DNA of 64,000 nucleotides, taken from NCBI RefSeq assembly GCF_006345805.1, contig NC_042997.1, positions 44,392,001 to 44,456,000 of the forward strand. The letters run 5' to 3'. Positions within the stretch are counted from its first letter, which is position 1. Every line of letters starts with the position of its first letter. The notes under the pieces are model-generated. The model saw only the letters and a program-made list of their open reading frames with translations. It was not told where the DNA came from and searched no databases. A program made the position numbers and the translations under genes. The stretch is from Octopus sinensis (taxonomy: Eukaryota). Positions 1 to 11,259 of this stretch are shown piece by piece.

Positions 1-507
1 TCGCCGGTAGAGTTGTGCTGTTAACCTTGGTGTGTCTACACGAACAGTGTGTAAGCTGAACTTGAGCGAGTTGCTGTGTACACATCGTTGAAGTCGATGG
101 TGGTGATGGCGACGGTAGAGAACGGCGACGGTGGTGGAGACGTCCTGCGTTGCTGCTGGCTGTAGCAGGAACATGGCTGGTATGGTCGTCGCTGGAACTG
201 GCTGCTCTGTGGTGGTGTGGTCAATGGCCAAAGACCAAAGACCTGGAATGGTAAATTCTGAGGCCTTTTAAAGCATTCTAGAGGCTTCCGAAGAACATCC
301 AAAAGACTGTCATGTGACCTTATCCTAAGGCTGTGATTAGTTGTCTTTGGACAGTGGCGCGAAATAAAGTAGAGACAAACCGCGCCACATGTCAACCAAT
401 CAGATCAGTGGACGCAACAAGAACAACCCAGCCAAAGATGGCTGTAATCTCAAACGAGATCGTTCCTGTTGTGTCTCTCAAACAGTGAGGATATCAGCTA
501 CCGCTAC
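1..507 (-). mobile_element. Possible LTR of an LTR retrotransposon, running off the window start
   Basis: GC/CpG-rich block, sharply bounded. Minus strand starts TGTAGCGG at 507, followed by CCAAT-like (GATTGG), GTCACATGAC and TTTAAAAGG TATA-like motifs. No internal gag/pol seen. Confidence 0.3.
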
Positions 508-683
508 AATACCAATTTATTTTCCAATTTCCTGGTGTCTTGAGGCCTAAGACTCATAGAACCGGTTACCACTTTTCCCAGCTTATAAGTGGCCAAGATC
601 ACAACACTTCTCCTGAATGAGACACCAGTTCATCACAGGGTTATATATTTATAGCTGAGTGGACTGGTGCAATGTGAAATGAA

Positions 684-1130
684 GGTGGTGAGCTGGCAGA
701 AACGTTAGCACACCGGGCGAAAGGCTTAGCGGTATTTCGTCTACTGTTAAGTTCTGAATTCATATTCCGCCAAGGTTGACCTTGCCTTTCATCCTTTTGG
801 GGTCAATAAAGTAAGTACCAGTTGTGCACTGGGGTCAAGGTAATCGACTTAATCCCTTTGTCTGTCCTTGTTTTTCCCCTCTATGTTTAGCCCCTTGTGG
901 GCAATAAAGAAATAAGAAACGTTAGCACGCCGGGCGAAAGGCTTAGTGGTATTTCATCTGCTGTTATGTTCTGAGTTCAAATTCTGCCGAGGTCGACTTT
1001 GCCTTTCATTCTTTCGGGGTCAATAAATTAAGTACCAGTTATGCACTGGGGTTGATGTAATCGACTAAATCCCTTTGTCTGTCCTTGTTTGTCCCCTCTG
1101 TGTTTAGCCCCTTGTGGGCAATAAAGAAAT
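684..1130 (+). mobile_element. Tandem dimer of a tRNA-derived SINE with Meta/Sauria-SINE-like domain, nested in an older SINE
   Basis: Two units (684-915, 916-1130) with GCCTTTCATCCTTTCGGGGTC-ATAAA-TAAGTACCAG; B-box-like GTTCAAAT. Same family at 12.6-13.3, 27.25-27.48, 33.25-33.66 and 50.94-51.08 kb. Confidence 0.75.
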
Positions 1131-1686
1131 ATGAAGTGTCTTGCTTAAGAACACAGTGCACTGCCCTCTCTGGTCAGTATTAAATAGTCTGGATATAGGT
1201 GAACAAAGCATGCAATTTCGTTCCTCTATGCTGTTGATGTGCATAAAAAAATGAGGGTGAATCATGGTTTGTTGGCCACTACTCAGAAAAAAACATACCC
1301 AACTTCCTTACCCAATCAACAGCAAAGAATGTTCATTAGCTATATAAAGCAGCCGTAAATATATTTCACACAGTGAGGAATACTCTAATTTGTATAATTA
1401 CTTTTGACAGATCATTAATTAAGCAATATCTAAGAGAGAATGTGTACAGATTTTTAGTTCACCCATAGCAAGACTTTATAATCTCAAAAGTTATATAGAT
1501 TGACATTGTGTTCTGCATTGACAACCGGTGCCGATGTAATTACATCCCTGTAACTTAACGGTTCAGCAAAAGAGACCAATGGAATAGGTACTAGGCTTTA
1601 AGGAAATAAGTCTTGGGGTTGATTCTTTCAACTAAAAATTCTTCAAGGTGGTGCCCTAGCATAGCTGCAGTCTGATTCAAAATGAT

Positions 1687-2316
1687 TCGAGCAGGATTCA
1701 AAATGGCTAATCAAGGCAGCTGTTGCTTACATTTCAGTTTTGTCAATCAAAATAACCATGGCACCGGTAACATCCAAACATTATTTGTATAGAACTTGTT
1801 TATACTCTTATACATTCAAAGTTCACAAATTTCCTTATTTAAATTATGAATCATATTCCTTTCGATAATATCAATGTGATTACAAAACTTCTTTGCAGAC
1901 GATTTTTGGTTGACACTAATTTTCAAATTACTGCAGTCCGTCAGTCCACTCACAGTGACGTATAACTGGCCATGTGTAAACATCAGAGTGGGTAAAAGTA
2001 CACCTACACCTAAAGTCTGACCCTGTGCCTTGTTTGCTGTGAATGTGCGAGTGAAATCTTTAGGTTTGCAAGTAATTTGAAAATTAGTGTCAACCAAAAA
2101 TCGTCTGCAAAGAAGTTTTGCAATCACATTGATATTATCGAAAGGAATATGATTCATAATTTAAATAAGGAAATTTGTGAACTTTGAATGTATAAGAGTA
2201 TAAACAAGTTCTATGCAAATAATGTTTGGATGTTCCCAGTGCCATGGTTATTTTGATTGACAAAACAGAAATGTAAACAACAGCTGCCTTGATTAGCCAT
2301 TTTGAATCCTGCTCGA
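1687..2316. repeat. Fold-back inverted repeat, arms ~250 bp (1687-1935 / 2067-2316), 131-bp spacer
   Basis: Arms are near-perfect reverse complements, e.g. TCGAGCAGGATTCAAAATGGCTAATCAAGGCAGCTG ... CAGCTGCCTTGATTAGCCATTTTGAATCCTGCTCGA. Confidence 0.95.
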
Positions 2317-3007
2317 GATTGTCACACTTCAATAACCACTAAATAATCACACACTATATATTGACACATACTTTTTCCATTTTATTTTTGCTATTAACCA
2401 TCCTCGTGACTCCCTTCATATCTACGATGGGGCTATGAACTATGCAATGAAAATCCTAGAGTTACTCATGGTTGGTGAATTTTTAATAAAAATGCAAAGG
2501 TGGTTTATCAATTCAAAAATCGATATCCATGAAATAATCATACTTTCTGATTTTTTAATGCTAAAATCCTTCCTGGTGATCAGCTTTGTAATCCTGAAAA
2601 ATATTGTAACCATTGGTCCAGCTATCTGGCTGTGAAGAGGGAACAGAAAAAGAGACGGACAGACGGACATAACACCCATTTTAGCAAGATAGCAAATCTG
2701 CCCATCTAAGATGGGAAATATAGGGATAGTATTGCAAATCTAAACCCTCTAAATTCATGAACTATATGGTGGGGAAATCCAGAGTTAATCTCATCGCTGG
2801 AATTTTAACAAAAAAAAAACAATCAAAGGTAATTTATTAATACAAAACCCAATATCCACTAAATAAATATACTTTTTCACATTTTTTCCACTAAGAACCT
2901 TCCTGATTACCTCCTTCATAATCCTGAAAAACATTGTGACCATTTGTCCAGGTGTTTGAATGTCAAGAGACAACAGACAGTCAAACAAAACGCCTATTAT
3001 AGCAAGA
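1687..3007 (-). mobile_element. Helitron derivative: Pif1-helicase C-terminal remnant, inverted duplication and tandemly duplicated 5' region
   Basis: 1936-2050 (-) encodes TANKAQGQTLGVGVLLPTLMFTHGQLYVTVS (Pif1 motifs TINKSQGQT..FSHGQLYVA). Two ~260-bp tandem units (2430-2690, 2745-3007) end in (GACA)n...AGCAAGA|T, like Helitron 5' TC ends. Confidence 0.6.
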
Positions 3008-3263
3008 TTCATAACTCCTTTGTTATTGTTTACTAAAATTTGTACTGGTATCAGCAGTTGGAGGATGTTATGCATCTACAATCAGTGTTGTGAGTTAACT
3101 AAAGTATAGTGCATTGAGTTCTGGTTTGTACTTGTTAATAAAATATGCTACTTCATTGATCCATTGCTGTTCCATCATTGAGTTGCTACACAGGTAGGAA
3201 AATAAGACAAAATAGTAAAACCTGTGCTTCACAGTTATTTATATATTCATGCAGGGGTACTTT

Positions 3264-3920
3264 TCATGTGTATGGTTCCCTGATTTGTTGATAGTGTACC
3301 GTGATTCTTTTTTTCAGTGTAATACCAGTTTGTCTTATGTATTCTGGGCAACCTTTGCATGTTATAATGTAAATTAGGTTATCCAAATTTCGGAGTGATT
3401 GTTTTAATTTTGAAGGAGGGCCCATTTTGAAGTAGAATTTGGGTAGCAACATACTTTAGAGGTTGGTTGGTTATATGTACTTATTTAGGGTCTACTGTCT
3501 GAGTATGTAGCTTTGCATTGGTCAATATCCTTTTTGGTGGTTTTGTTTTACCTCTCATGCCCTTTATAATTAGATGTTTTTCCAAGACATTCTTCATTTT
3601 TTGGTCCAGTAATAATACTGATACTTAAAGACAGTTGTTGGTGGAAACTTTGGTGTTCCTTGAGTTAAAAGTTGAAATATAAGGAATAGTATTTTTTCTT
3701 TTTGTGTGTGTTTGGGATTTGGTTGTTTGAATTCTTGGATATTAACTTGTTTGGCTTTCTAAATTCTAAATTAAGGGTTATTTTCTTATGATAAGTATTT
3801 TTTTATTTTGTCTAAACTTCGATATATATTTGTATGATGTTTTCACATGTTTTATGAACCTGCATCATTTATATTTAAATGAGTACATCTAAATAATTTA
3901 ATGGAATAACGTTAACGTAA
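3264..3920 (-). mobile_element. Penelope-like element fragment (GIY-YIG endonuclease remnant)
   Basis: NLIYIITCKGCPEYIRQTGITLKKRITVHYQQI matches the PLE GIY-YIG pattern (NxIYxIxCxxCxxxYIGQT..L..R...H). Confidence 0.75.
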
Positions 3921-3941
3921 CAACAGACATAATACATCATA

Positions 3942-3983
<42 letters not shown>

Positions 3984-4634
3984 TTGTGTGTTGCACTGTC
4001 TATCCCCAACCATTGCTTGACAATTGGTCCCTGTAACTTAGCTGACCCCTGTAACTTAGCTGTTCAGCAAAAAAAAAAATCGATAGAATACTTACCAGAC
4101 TTTAAAATAAGTAGTGGGGACGATTTTTTCCACTAAAAACCTTCAAGGCATTGTCCCAGCATGGCCACAATTCAATAACAACTAGGCGATATTAGCAAAG
4201 TAGTTCTTAATTATTGAAAACCAAGTAGGTAAAAAGAATTAAGCTTTTGTATATCGACACTGTGTACGTGATTTGATACAACAGTTCAACAAAAGCATAT
4301 TTAGCGAAGAAAAGATAAAGTGTGAGAGAACAATTCATTGAATAAAGTGATACAGTTTCACATGGAATGCTGAATGACTTTTGTTTGAAGTTAAATTGGC
4401 CAACATTTTATAAATGTAAGCCAAATTTTCTAGAAACTGCTATCAAGCTATTTGGCAGGAAAATTTGTACATTTTCTTTGAAGCTCACTGCATCAATGAT
4501 AATATGTCAGCTTGTACTGACTAGTCAAGCCATATTTGCGTAGGTGTTAATGTCTTTCGTGTTGATGTGGTTCATCATAGTCCTGAGATGGGAAAATCTG
4601 AGAGTGAGGGTTCAGAACTCAATGGAAATCTTGC

Positions 4635-4665
<31 letters not shown>

Positions 4666-4669
<4 letters not shown>

Positions 4670-5562
4670 GAAGAATTCTGGGTAGAAGTAGGGGCTTATC
4701 AAGGATCAGCCCTCAGTCCCCTTTTATTCATCATAGTCCTTCAGGCAATAACAGAGGAATTCAAGATGGGTTGCCCTTGGGAACTCCTCTATGCTGATGA
4801 CCTGGCCCTCATAGCAGAATCACTGCCAGAACTAGAGAAAAAATTTCGGGTGTTGAAGCAAGGTTTAGAATCAAAAGGCTTAGAGTCAATGTAGCAAAGA
4901 CCAAAGTTCTAGTAAAGTAGGAAGGTGAACTCATCACACACACCCTCAGGTAGGTGGCCCTGCTTGATGTGTAGAAAAGGTGTTGGTAGAAACTCCATAA
5001 GATGTACCCAGTGTAAGCTATGGATACATAAGAGGTGCAGCAACATCAAAGGAAGATTAACCAGGAAGATAGCTTTTGTGTGCAGCAGATGCACAGGGGC
5101 AATAAACACCACAAATGCTCAGAAAACAGGTTCCTTCACACTTCAGTGGGAGAAACTAGAAGTAGTTAATAGCTTCCACTACCTAGGTGACCAAGTTAGT
5201 AGTGGGGGTGGATACTCTGAGAGTGTTACCACTAGAATAAGAATAGTCCGGGCAAGGTTTAAAAAAACTTCTAAACCTGCTGGTGACAAAGGGCCTCTCG
5301 CTCAGAGTGAAAGGTAGATTATACGATGTATGTGTGCAAACTGCCATGCTTCACGGCAGTGAAACATGGGCTGTGACTGCAGAAGACGTGTGTAGGCTCA
5401 AAAGAAATAAAGCTAGCATGGTCCACTGGACGTGTGATGTCAGTGTACATACATGACAGAGTGTAAGTGTCCTGAGAGAAATGTTGGACATAAAAAGTAT
5501 CAGATGTGGCATGCAAGAGAGACATTTGCACTGGTATGGTCATGTACTACAGATGGATGAGG
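4666..5562 (+). mobile_element. RTE-clade LINE fragment (RT domains 4-7, PHD-like Cys/His cluster, thumb), frameshifted
   Basis: QGSALSPLLF...LLYADDLAL; WPCLMCRKGVGRNSIRCTQCKLWIHKRCS...FVCSRC; FHYLGDQV; LHGSETW. Confidence 0.9.
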
Positions 5563-5750
5563 TGTGTGTGTGTAGTGTGAGTGTATGGTCTGCAGCTAAA
5601 TTCTGTTTTTAAATGACTTGCTTTGCGAGTTGCATTCGGTACAATGTGTTTATTTATTTTGGTAGTTTTGACTTTAAGAGACCCTCCTAGCATGTGGCAT
5701 TTATGTATAGTAATGCCCTATATATATATATATTTATATATATATACATA

Positions 5751-6400
5751 CGGGCACTGCTGTCAATGTAGGTACATTGAAAGGTAGGTCTGGTGAAATT
5801 GTTGAGATGCTTAAAAGGAGATTTGTTGATGTATGGTGTAAAGAAGTGCTGATCTCTCTAACTGTAGAAGGAACCTGTAGAAGAGGTAGACCCAGGAAGA
5901 CATGGGATGAGGTGGTGAAGCATGAGCTTTGAATATTGAGCCTCACAGAGGTTATGACAAGTGACTGAGACCTTTAGAAATATGCTGTGCTTGAGAAGAC
6001 TTGTTAGACCAAGTGAGATCGTAGCTGTGGCTGTGCTGCAGCCATGTAAATGACACCTGTTTGTCATAGTGATGGTCATCGACGGTGCCATGTAAATTAG
6101 TACCTGGGAATTGTGGTCATTGGCGGTGCCATATAAATAGCACCCATGAGTCATAGTTGTTGCCAGTGCCATGCAAATGGCACCCATCCATGAATCATAA
6201 TCATGGTCTTTGCCATGGTGTTAGGAAGGGCATCCAGCTGTAGAAACCATGCCAAACCAGACTGAAGCCTGGGGCAGCCTTCCAGCTCATCAGCTCCAAT
6301 AAAACCATCTAACCCATGCCAGCATGGAGAAGAACAGACGTTAAATAACGATGAAGATGATGATGGTGATGATGATGATGGTGATGATGATGATGATGAT
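5751..6400 (+). mobile_element. Internally deleted RTE LINE: APE endonuclease N-terminus fused to ORF C-terminus, 3' UTR and (GAT)n tail
   Basis: VNVGTLKGRSGEIVEMLKRRFVDV..KEV joined directly to VEGTCRRGRPRKTWDEVVKH, then UTR ending (GAT)n. Confidence 0.75.
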
Positions 6401-6739
6401 GTATGTATATATATATATTTAGTATTCACACTAAACAACGTAACCACTAGGATGGAAGCAGCATTATTGTTGTAAATTAGTCCCCGATAAAAATTGAGGT
6501 GTGTGTGTGTGTGTGTGTGTGTTATTTCATTGAGGATTCATTTGCATATCTTGTTTTGATCTTTGGGTAACATATTCACAACTAGTGACTGGTCCAACCC
6601 ATGCTAGCATGGAAAATGGACGCTAAACGATGATGATGATGATGATGACTGCATGCACTGTGAATGCTTAATCTGTGCATAGACATACAAACATACATAC
6701 ATACATACATACAAACATACATACATACATACATACATA

Positions 6740-7688
6740 CATCATCATCATCATTTAGCATCCGTTGTCCATGCAGGCATGGGTTGGACGGTTTGACTGA
6801 GGGCTGGTAAGCTGGATGGTTGCACCAGACCCCAGACTGATTTGGTATGGTTTCTACAGCTGGATGCCTTTCCTAACACCAACCACTCTGAGAGGGTAAT
6901 GGGTGCTTTTATGTGCCTCCCGAATGGGTGCCATTTGCGTGACACTGGTATCTGCCATGATTGTGATTTTACTTGGTTTGATGGGTCTCCTTCTCAAGCA
7001 TGTTATAAGGTCAAAGGTCTCAGTCATTGCCTCCATGAAACACAGCACTCAAAGGGATCTTTTCACTTGCTACCGGCATCGGCCACTTTGGCTCCATGAA
7101 GCCCAACCCTCGAAAGGTGCTTTTTACATGTCACCAGCATGGGTGCCAGTTGCATCAGCCACAACTACGATTTCACTTCACTTCACAGGTCTTCTCAAGC
7201 ACAGCATATTGTCAAAGGTTTTGTTCACTTGTCATTGCCTCTGTGAGGTCCAAAGTTCAAAGATCATGCTTCACCACCTCATCCTATGTCTTCCTGGGTC
7301 TACCTCTACCATAGGTTCCCTCTACAGTTAGAGATCAGCACTTCTTTATACAGCTGTCCTTGTCCACATGCATCACATGACCATACCAACATAGTCGTCT
7401 CTCTTGCACACCACATTTGATGCCTCTTATGCCCAACTTTTCTCTCAAGATGCTTACACTCTGTCGAACATGCACACTGACATTGCACATCAAGTGAAGC
7501 ATACTGGCTTCATTTCTTTCAATCCTATGCGTGTCCTCGGCTGTCACAGCCCATGTTTCACTGTTGTGTAGTATAGCTGTTCACACAAAGGCATCATATA
7601 ATCTGCCTTTCACTCTGAGGCAGAGGTGGAGTTAGGAGGACTCTGAACTTTGCCCAGCCTATTCTTATTCTCACAGCTACACTCTCAG
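6740..7688 (-). mobile_element. RTE LINE 3' fragment (C-terminus, 3' UTR, (GAT)n tail)
   Basis: [10 protein letters not shown]; RIERNEASMLHLMCNVSV...LREKLGIRGIKCGVQERRLCWYGHV; GRPRKT; tail at 6740. Confidence 0.85.
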
Positions 7689-7752
7689 AATATATATATA
7701 TATATATAAACATATATATATATACACACACATACATACATATATATATGTA

Positions 7753-7788
<36 letters not shown>

Positions 7789-7829
7789 TATATATATATA
7801 TATAGGTATATATATATGTATATATATGT

Positions 7830-8155
7830 ATGGCACCTGTGTCGGTGGTACATAAAAAACACCATCCGAGCGTGGCCATCTGCCAGCCTCGTCTGGCACC
7901 TGTGTCGGTGGCACATAAAAAACACCATCCGAGTGTGGCCGTTCGCCAGCCTCGTCTGGCACCTGTGTCGGTGGCACATAAAATCACCCACTACACTCTC
8001 GGAGTGGTCGGCATTAGGAAGGGCATCCAGCTGTAGAAACACTGCCAGATCTGACTGGCCTGGTGCAGCCTTCGGGCTCCCCAGACCCCAGTTCAACCGT
8101 CCAACCCATGCTAGCATGGAAAGCGGACGTTAAACGACGATGATGATGATGATGA

Positions 8156-8158
<3 letters not shown>
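7830..8158 (+). mobile_element. RTE LINE 3'-end fragment (tandem ~60-bp UTR repeats and (GAT)n tail); representative of a high-copy class
   Basis: GGCACGTAAAAAGCACC repeats, GTTGGCGTTAGGAAGGGCATCCAGC, CCATGCTAGCATGG hairpin, (GAT)n. The same end is attached to RT-coding sequence at 36.6-37.1 kb. Other copies: 11470-11848(+), 28015-28215(+), 29165-29570(-), 30003-30270(-), 30291-30505(+), 33047-33210(+), 35135-35437(+), 50070-50205(-), 53003-53270(+), 63385-63680(+). Confidence 0.85.
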
Positions 8159-8193
<35 letters not shown>

Positions 8194-8196
<3 letters not shown>

Positions 8197-8624
8197 TGCA
8201 GGTGTAGCTTGCTTACCAACCACATGGTTCCGGGTTCAGTTCCACTGCGTGACACCTTGGGCGAGATTCTTCAACTATAGCCTCAAGCTGACCAAAGTTT
8301 TGTGAGTGGATTTGGTGGACAGAAACTGAAAAAAGCCCGTCGTATATATATATATATATATATAATATATATATATATATAAAAAAAAAATATATATATA
8401 TATATGTTTGTGTGTTTGTGTTTGTCCTCCCTCACCATTGGTTGATAACAGATGTTTGTGTGTTTACATTCCTGTAAGTTAGCAGTTCGGCAAAAGAGAC
8501 CAATAGAATAAGTGCTAGCCTTATAAAGAATAAGTTCTGGGGTTGATTGTTTGACTAAAGGCGATGCTCCAGCATGGCCACAGTGAAATGACTGAAACAA
8601 ATGAAAGAGTAAAAGAGTAACAGA

Positions 8625-8625
<1 letters not shown>
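8194..8625 (+). mobile_element. tRNA-derived SINE with internal (TA)/(TG) microsatellite (family A)
   Basis: Head GG(C/T)GCAGGAGTGGCTGTGTGGTAAG...GGGTTCAGTCCC (A/B-box-like), CCTTGGGCAAGTG, tail (AAAGAGTA)n. Confidence 0.85.
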
Positions 8626-8675
<50 letters not shown>

Positions 8676-8700
8676 TATATGTAAGCAAAATTAATAGAAT

Positions 8701-9127
8701 TATATATAACAAGGGCACTAAGAAGCAACAGCTTTGCTAAAAATAGGAGTCAAAAATACTCTGAAGTCACAAGAATTAACACTAGATTTTTACAGGCATG
8801 GCTGAAAAAAAAACTAAGTGAATAAGGATTGCATCTTACCTCTGCAAAATTGCAAGAAGGAATGCCAGTTAACCTGGTATCATGATTTTGAATTTAGTGC
8901 CAAAAGCCCTTGATTCTCTTGCTTTTGGCACTAAATTCAAAATCACGATGCCAGTCTAACTGGCATTCTTTCTTTCAATTATGCAGAAGTAAGATGCAAT
9001 CCTTGTTCACTAATTTTTCTTTCAAACCATGCCTATAAAAATCTAGTGTTAATTCATGTGGCTGAGGAGTATTTTTGACTCCTATTTTTAGCAAAGCTGG
9101 TGCTTCTTAGTGCCCTTGTTATATATA
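8701..9127. repeat. Fold-back palindrome, arms ~207 bp, 13-nt loop, bounded by (TA)n
   Basis: 8701-8907 is the reverse complement of 8921-9127, with scattered mismatches. Confidence 0.95.
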
Positions 9128-9538
9128 CTCTTTTACTCTGTTACTTGTTTTAGTCATTTGACTGCGGCCATGCTGGAGCACCGCCTTTAGTCGAGCAAAT
9201 CGACCACGGGACTTATTCTTTGTAAGCCCAGTACTTATTCTATCGGTCTGTTTTGCCGAACCGCTAAGTGACGGGGACGTAAACACACCAGCATCGGTTG
9301 TCAAGCAATGCTAGGGGGACAAACACAGACACACAAACACATACACACACATATATATATATACATACATATATACGACGGGCTTCTTTCAGTTTCCGTC
9401 TGCCAAATCCACTCACAAGGCATGGGTCGGCCCAGGGCTATAGTAGAAGACACTTACCCAAGATGCCACGCAGTGGGACTGAACCCGGAACCATGTGGTT
9501 GGTAAACAAGCTACTTACCACACAGCCACTCCTGCGCC
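9128..9538 (-). mobile_element. Family A SINE, full length
   Basis: Near-identical to copies at 10128-10530(-), 12072-12352(+), 20700-21097(-), 33966-34380(+). Older or partial copies at 1510-1680, 3950-4180, 17643-17910, 30690-30915, 34735-34917, 37150-37525, 57890-58440. Confidence 0.9.
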
Positions 9539-9589
9539 TATATATATATAATTCTCATATATGTATCTATTAATTTTTCCTATAGTTTT

Positions 9590-10830
9590 AAGCTTGTGGC
9601 CATTAACATTGTTATCTTTTTCTCCTTGATTTTCAAAGAGATATTCACATCAGCAACCTCTATGATGACAAGCTTTTTCTTGTTTGTCACAAACCACAAT
9701 ATCCAGCCTATTATATTTCCACTCGACTGATGTATTCCACCAGTATTCTTTGTGCTGGTATTTGTCTACATATTCAATAGCAAGAGGATTCTCAATATTT
9801 ATCCCAGGAAGAGTCTTTTTCCCAAATGGCATTGTATATTGTTTTTGTGATGTCATGTCATATAAAGAGGTGATGACATTTTTTGGCAACTGCCAATGAC
9901 GTGTGGCATCTTCCACAGAAATATAACATAATCTATGACATTACAGTTGCATCCTGGAACTCCAAGACATTCACTGTCACTTTTGTTGATTAGGTATTTA
10001 CTTAGTAGTAATCTCCTATTCTTGGATTCTGAATGCTTAGCCTTTGAAGTATGATGTGGTCACAAGTCCAAAAGAAACTTCACTTCATGTCAATATAATT
10101 CAAATCTACAAGAAACATACTTTTATCTTTTACTCTTTTACTTGTTTCAGTCATTTGACTGCGGCCATGCTGGAGCACCCCCTTTTTTTAGTCGAGCAAA
10201 TCAACCCCAAGACTTATTCTTTGTAAGCCTAGTACTTATCCTATCGGTCTCTTTTGCCGAACCGCTAAGTGACGGGGACGTAAACACACCAGCATCGGTT
10301 GTCAAGCGATGTTGGGGAGACAAACACAGACACACAAACACACACACACATATATATACATATATATACGACGGGCTTCTTTCAGTTTCCGTCTACCAAA
10401 TCCACTCACAAGGCTTTGGTTGGCCCGAGGCTATAGTAGAAGACACTTGCCCAAAGTGTCACGCAGTGGGACTGAACCCGGAACTGTGTGATTGGTAAAC
10501 AAGCTACTTACCACACAGCCACTCCTGCGCCACATAGGCGTGGTCTTTTTTTTTTTTTTATTTTGGTATACTGAGTGTTTCATTTACAGGTCTTCTTTGA
10601 GGCTTGTCCAGCTGATTTGGAGTTGCAAGGGAGATCATCAGAAAGAGGGGACTCCCTGAGAAGTTCACTTCCAACATGTAGGATATTGTTTCCTTCATTT
10701 TTCAGCACTAAGCGAATGTATCTATTTTTTCTGCTGTTGTTTACCAAGAGCTGTCTGAGAGAGAGACTATGCAACATTCAAAGGCTGTCTGCACTGATCT
10801 CAAGCTCCTACCTCTTCTATCTCTTCTTAA
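9590..10830 (-). mobile_element. R4/Dong-like (RLE-endonuclease) non-LTR retrotransposon C-terminal fragment, interrupted by a SINE
   Basis: EYWWNTSVEWKYNRLDIVVCDKQEKACH matches the RLE motif WWD...NRPDIVVxDK. Upstream IQEQEITTK and EDATH remnants. Confidence 0.7.
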
Positions 10831-10876
10831 GTAGAGCTTGTCAGTATCATATGTATGTATGCATGTATATACATAC

Positions 10877-11259
10877 GTGGAGGCGCAATGGCCCAGTGGT
10901 TAGGGCAAGCGGACTGGTGGTCGTAGGATCGCGGTTTCGATTCCCAGACCGGGCGTTGTGAGTGTTTATTGAGCGAAAACACCTAAAGCTCCACGAGGCT
11001 CCGGCAGGGATGGTGGTGATCCCTGCTGTAGTCTTTCACCACAACTTTCTCTCACTCTTACTTCCTGTTTCTGTTGTACCTGTATTTCAAGGGGCCGGCC
11101 TTGTCACTCTCTGTGTCACGCTGAATATCCCCGAGAACTGCGTTAAGGGTACACGTGTCTGTGGAGTGCTCAGCCACTTACACGTTAATTTCACGAGCAG
11201 GCTGTTCCGTTGATCGGATCAACCGGAACCCTCGTCGTCGTAACGGACGGAGTGCTTCC
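10877..11259 (+). mobile_element. Young tRNA-derived SINE (family B) with target-site duplication
   Basis: GTGGAGGCGCAATGGCCCAGTGGTTAGGGC...GTTTCGATTCCC head; flanked by ATATACATA; highly similar to the 19.72 and 25.78 kb copies. Confidence 0.85.

Noticed and set aside
36-395. 119-aa ORF in the GC-rich block
   Set aside because: No recognisable domain, non-ATG start; better explained as LTR-like non-coding sequence.
9055-9095. CTGAGGA with small hairpin in the 8.7-9.1 kb palindrome
   Set aside because: No GAAA half-core, and the motif is absent from the mirror arm.
9119-9573. Recurrent ORFs such as MTTDAGVFTSPSLSGSAK and MLGGQTQTH
   Set aside because: Chance frames within the high-copy family A SINE.
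10877-10960. tRNA-like sequence
   Set aside because: Head of a SINE with body and TSD, not a stand-alone tRNA gene.
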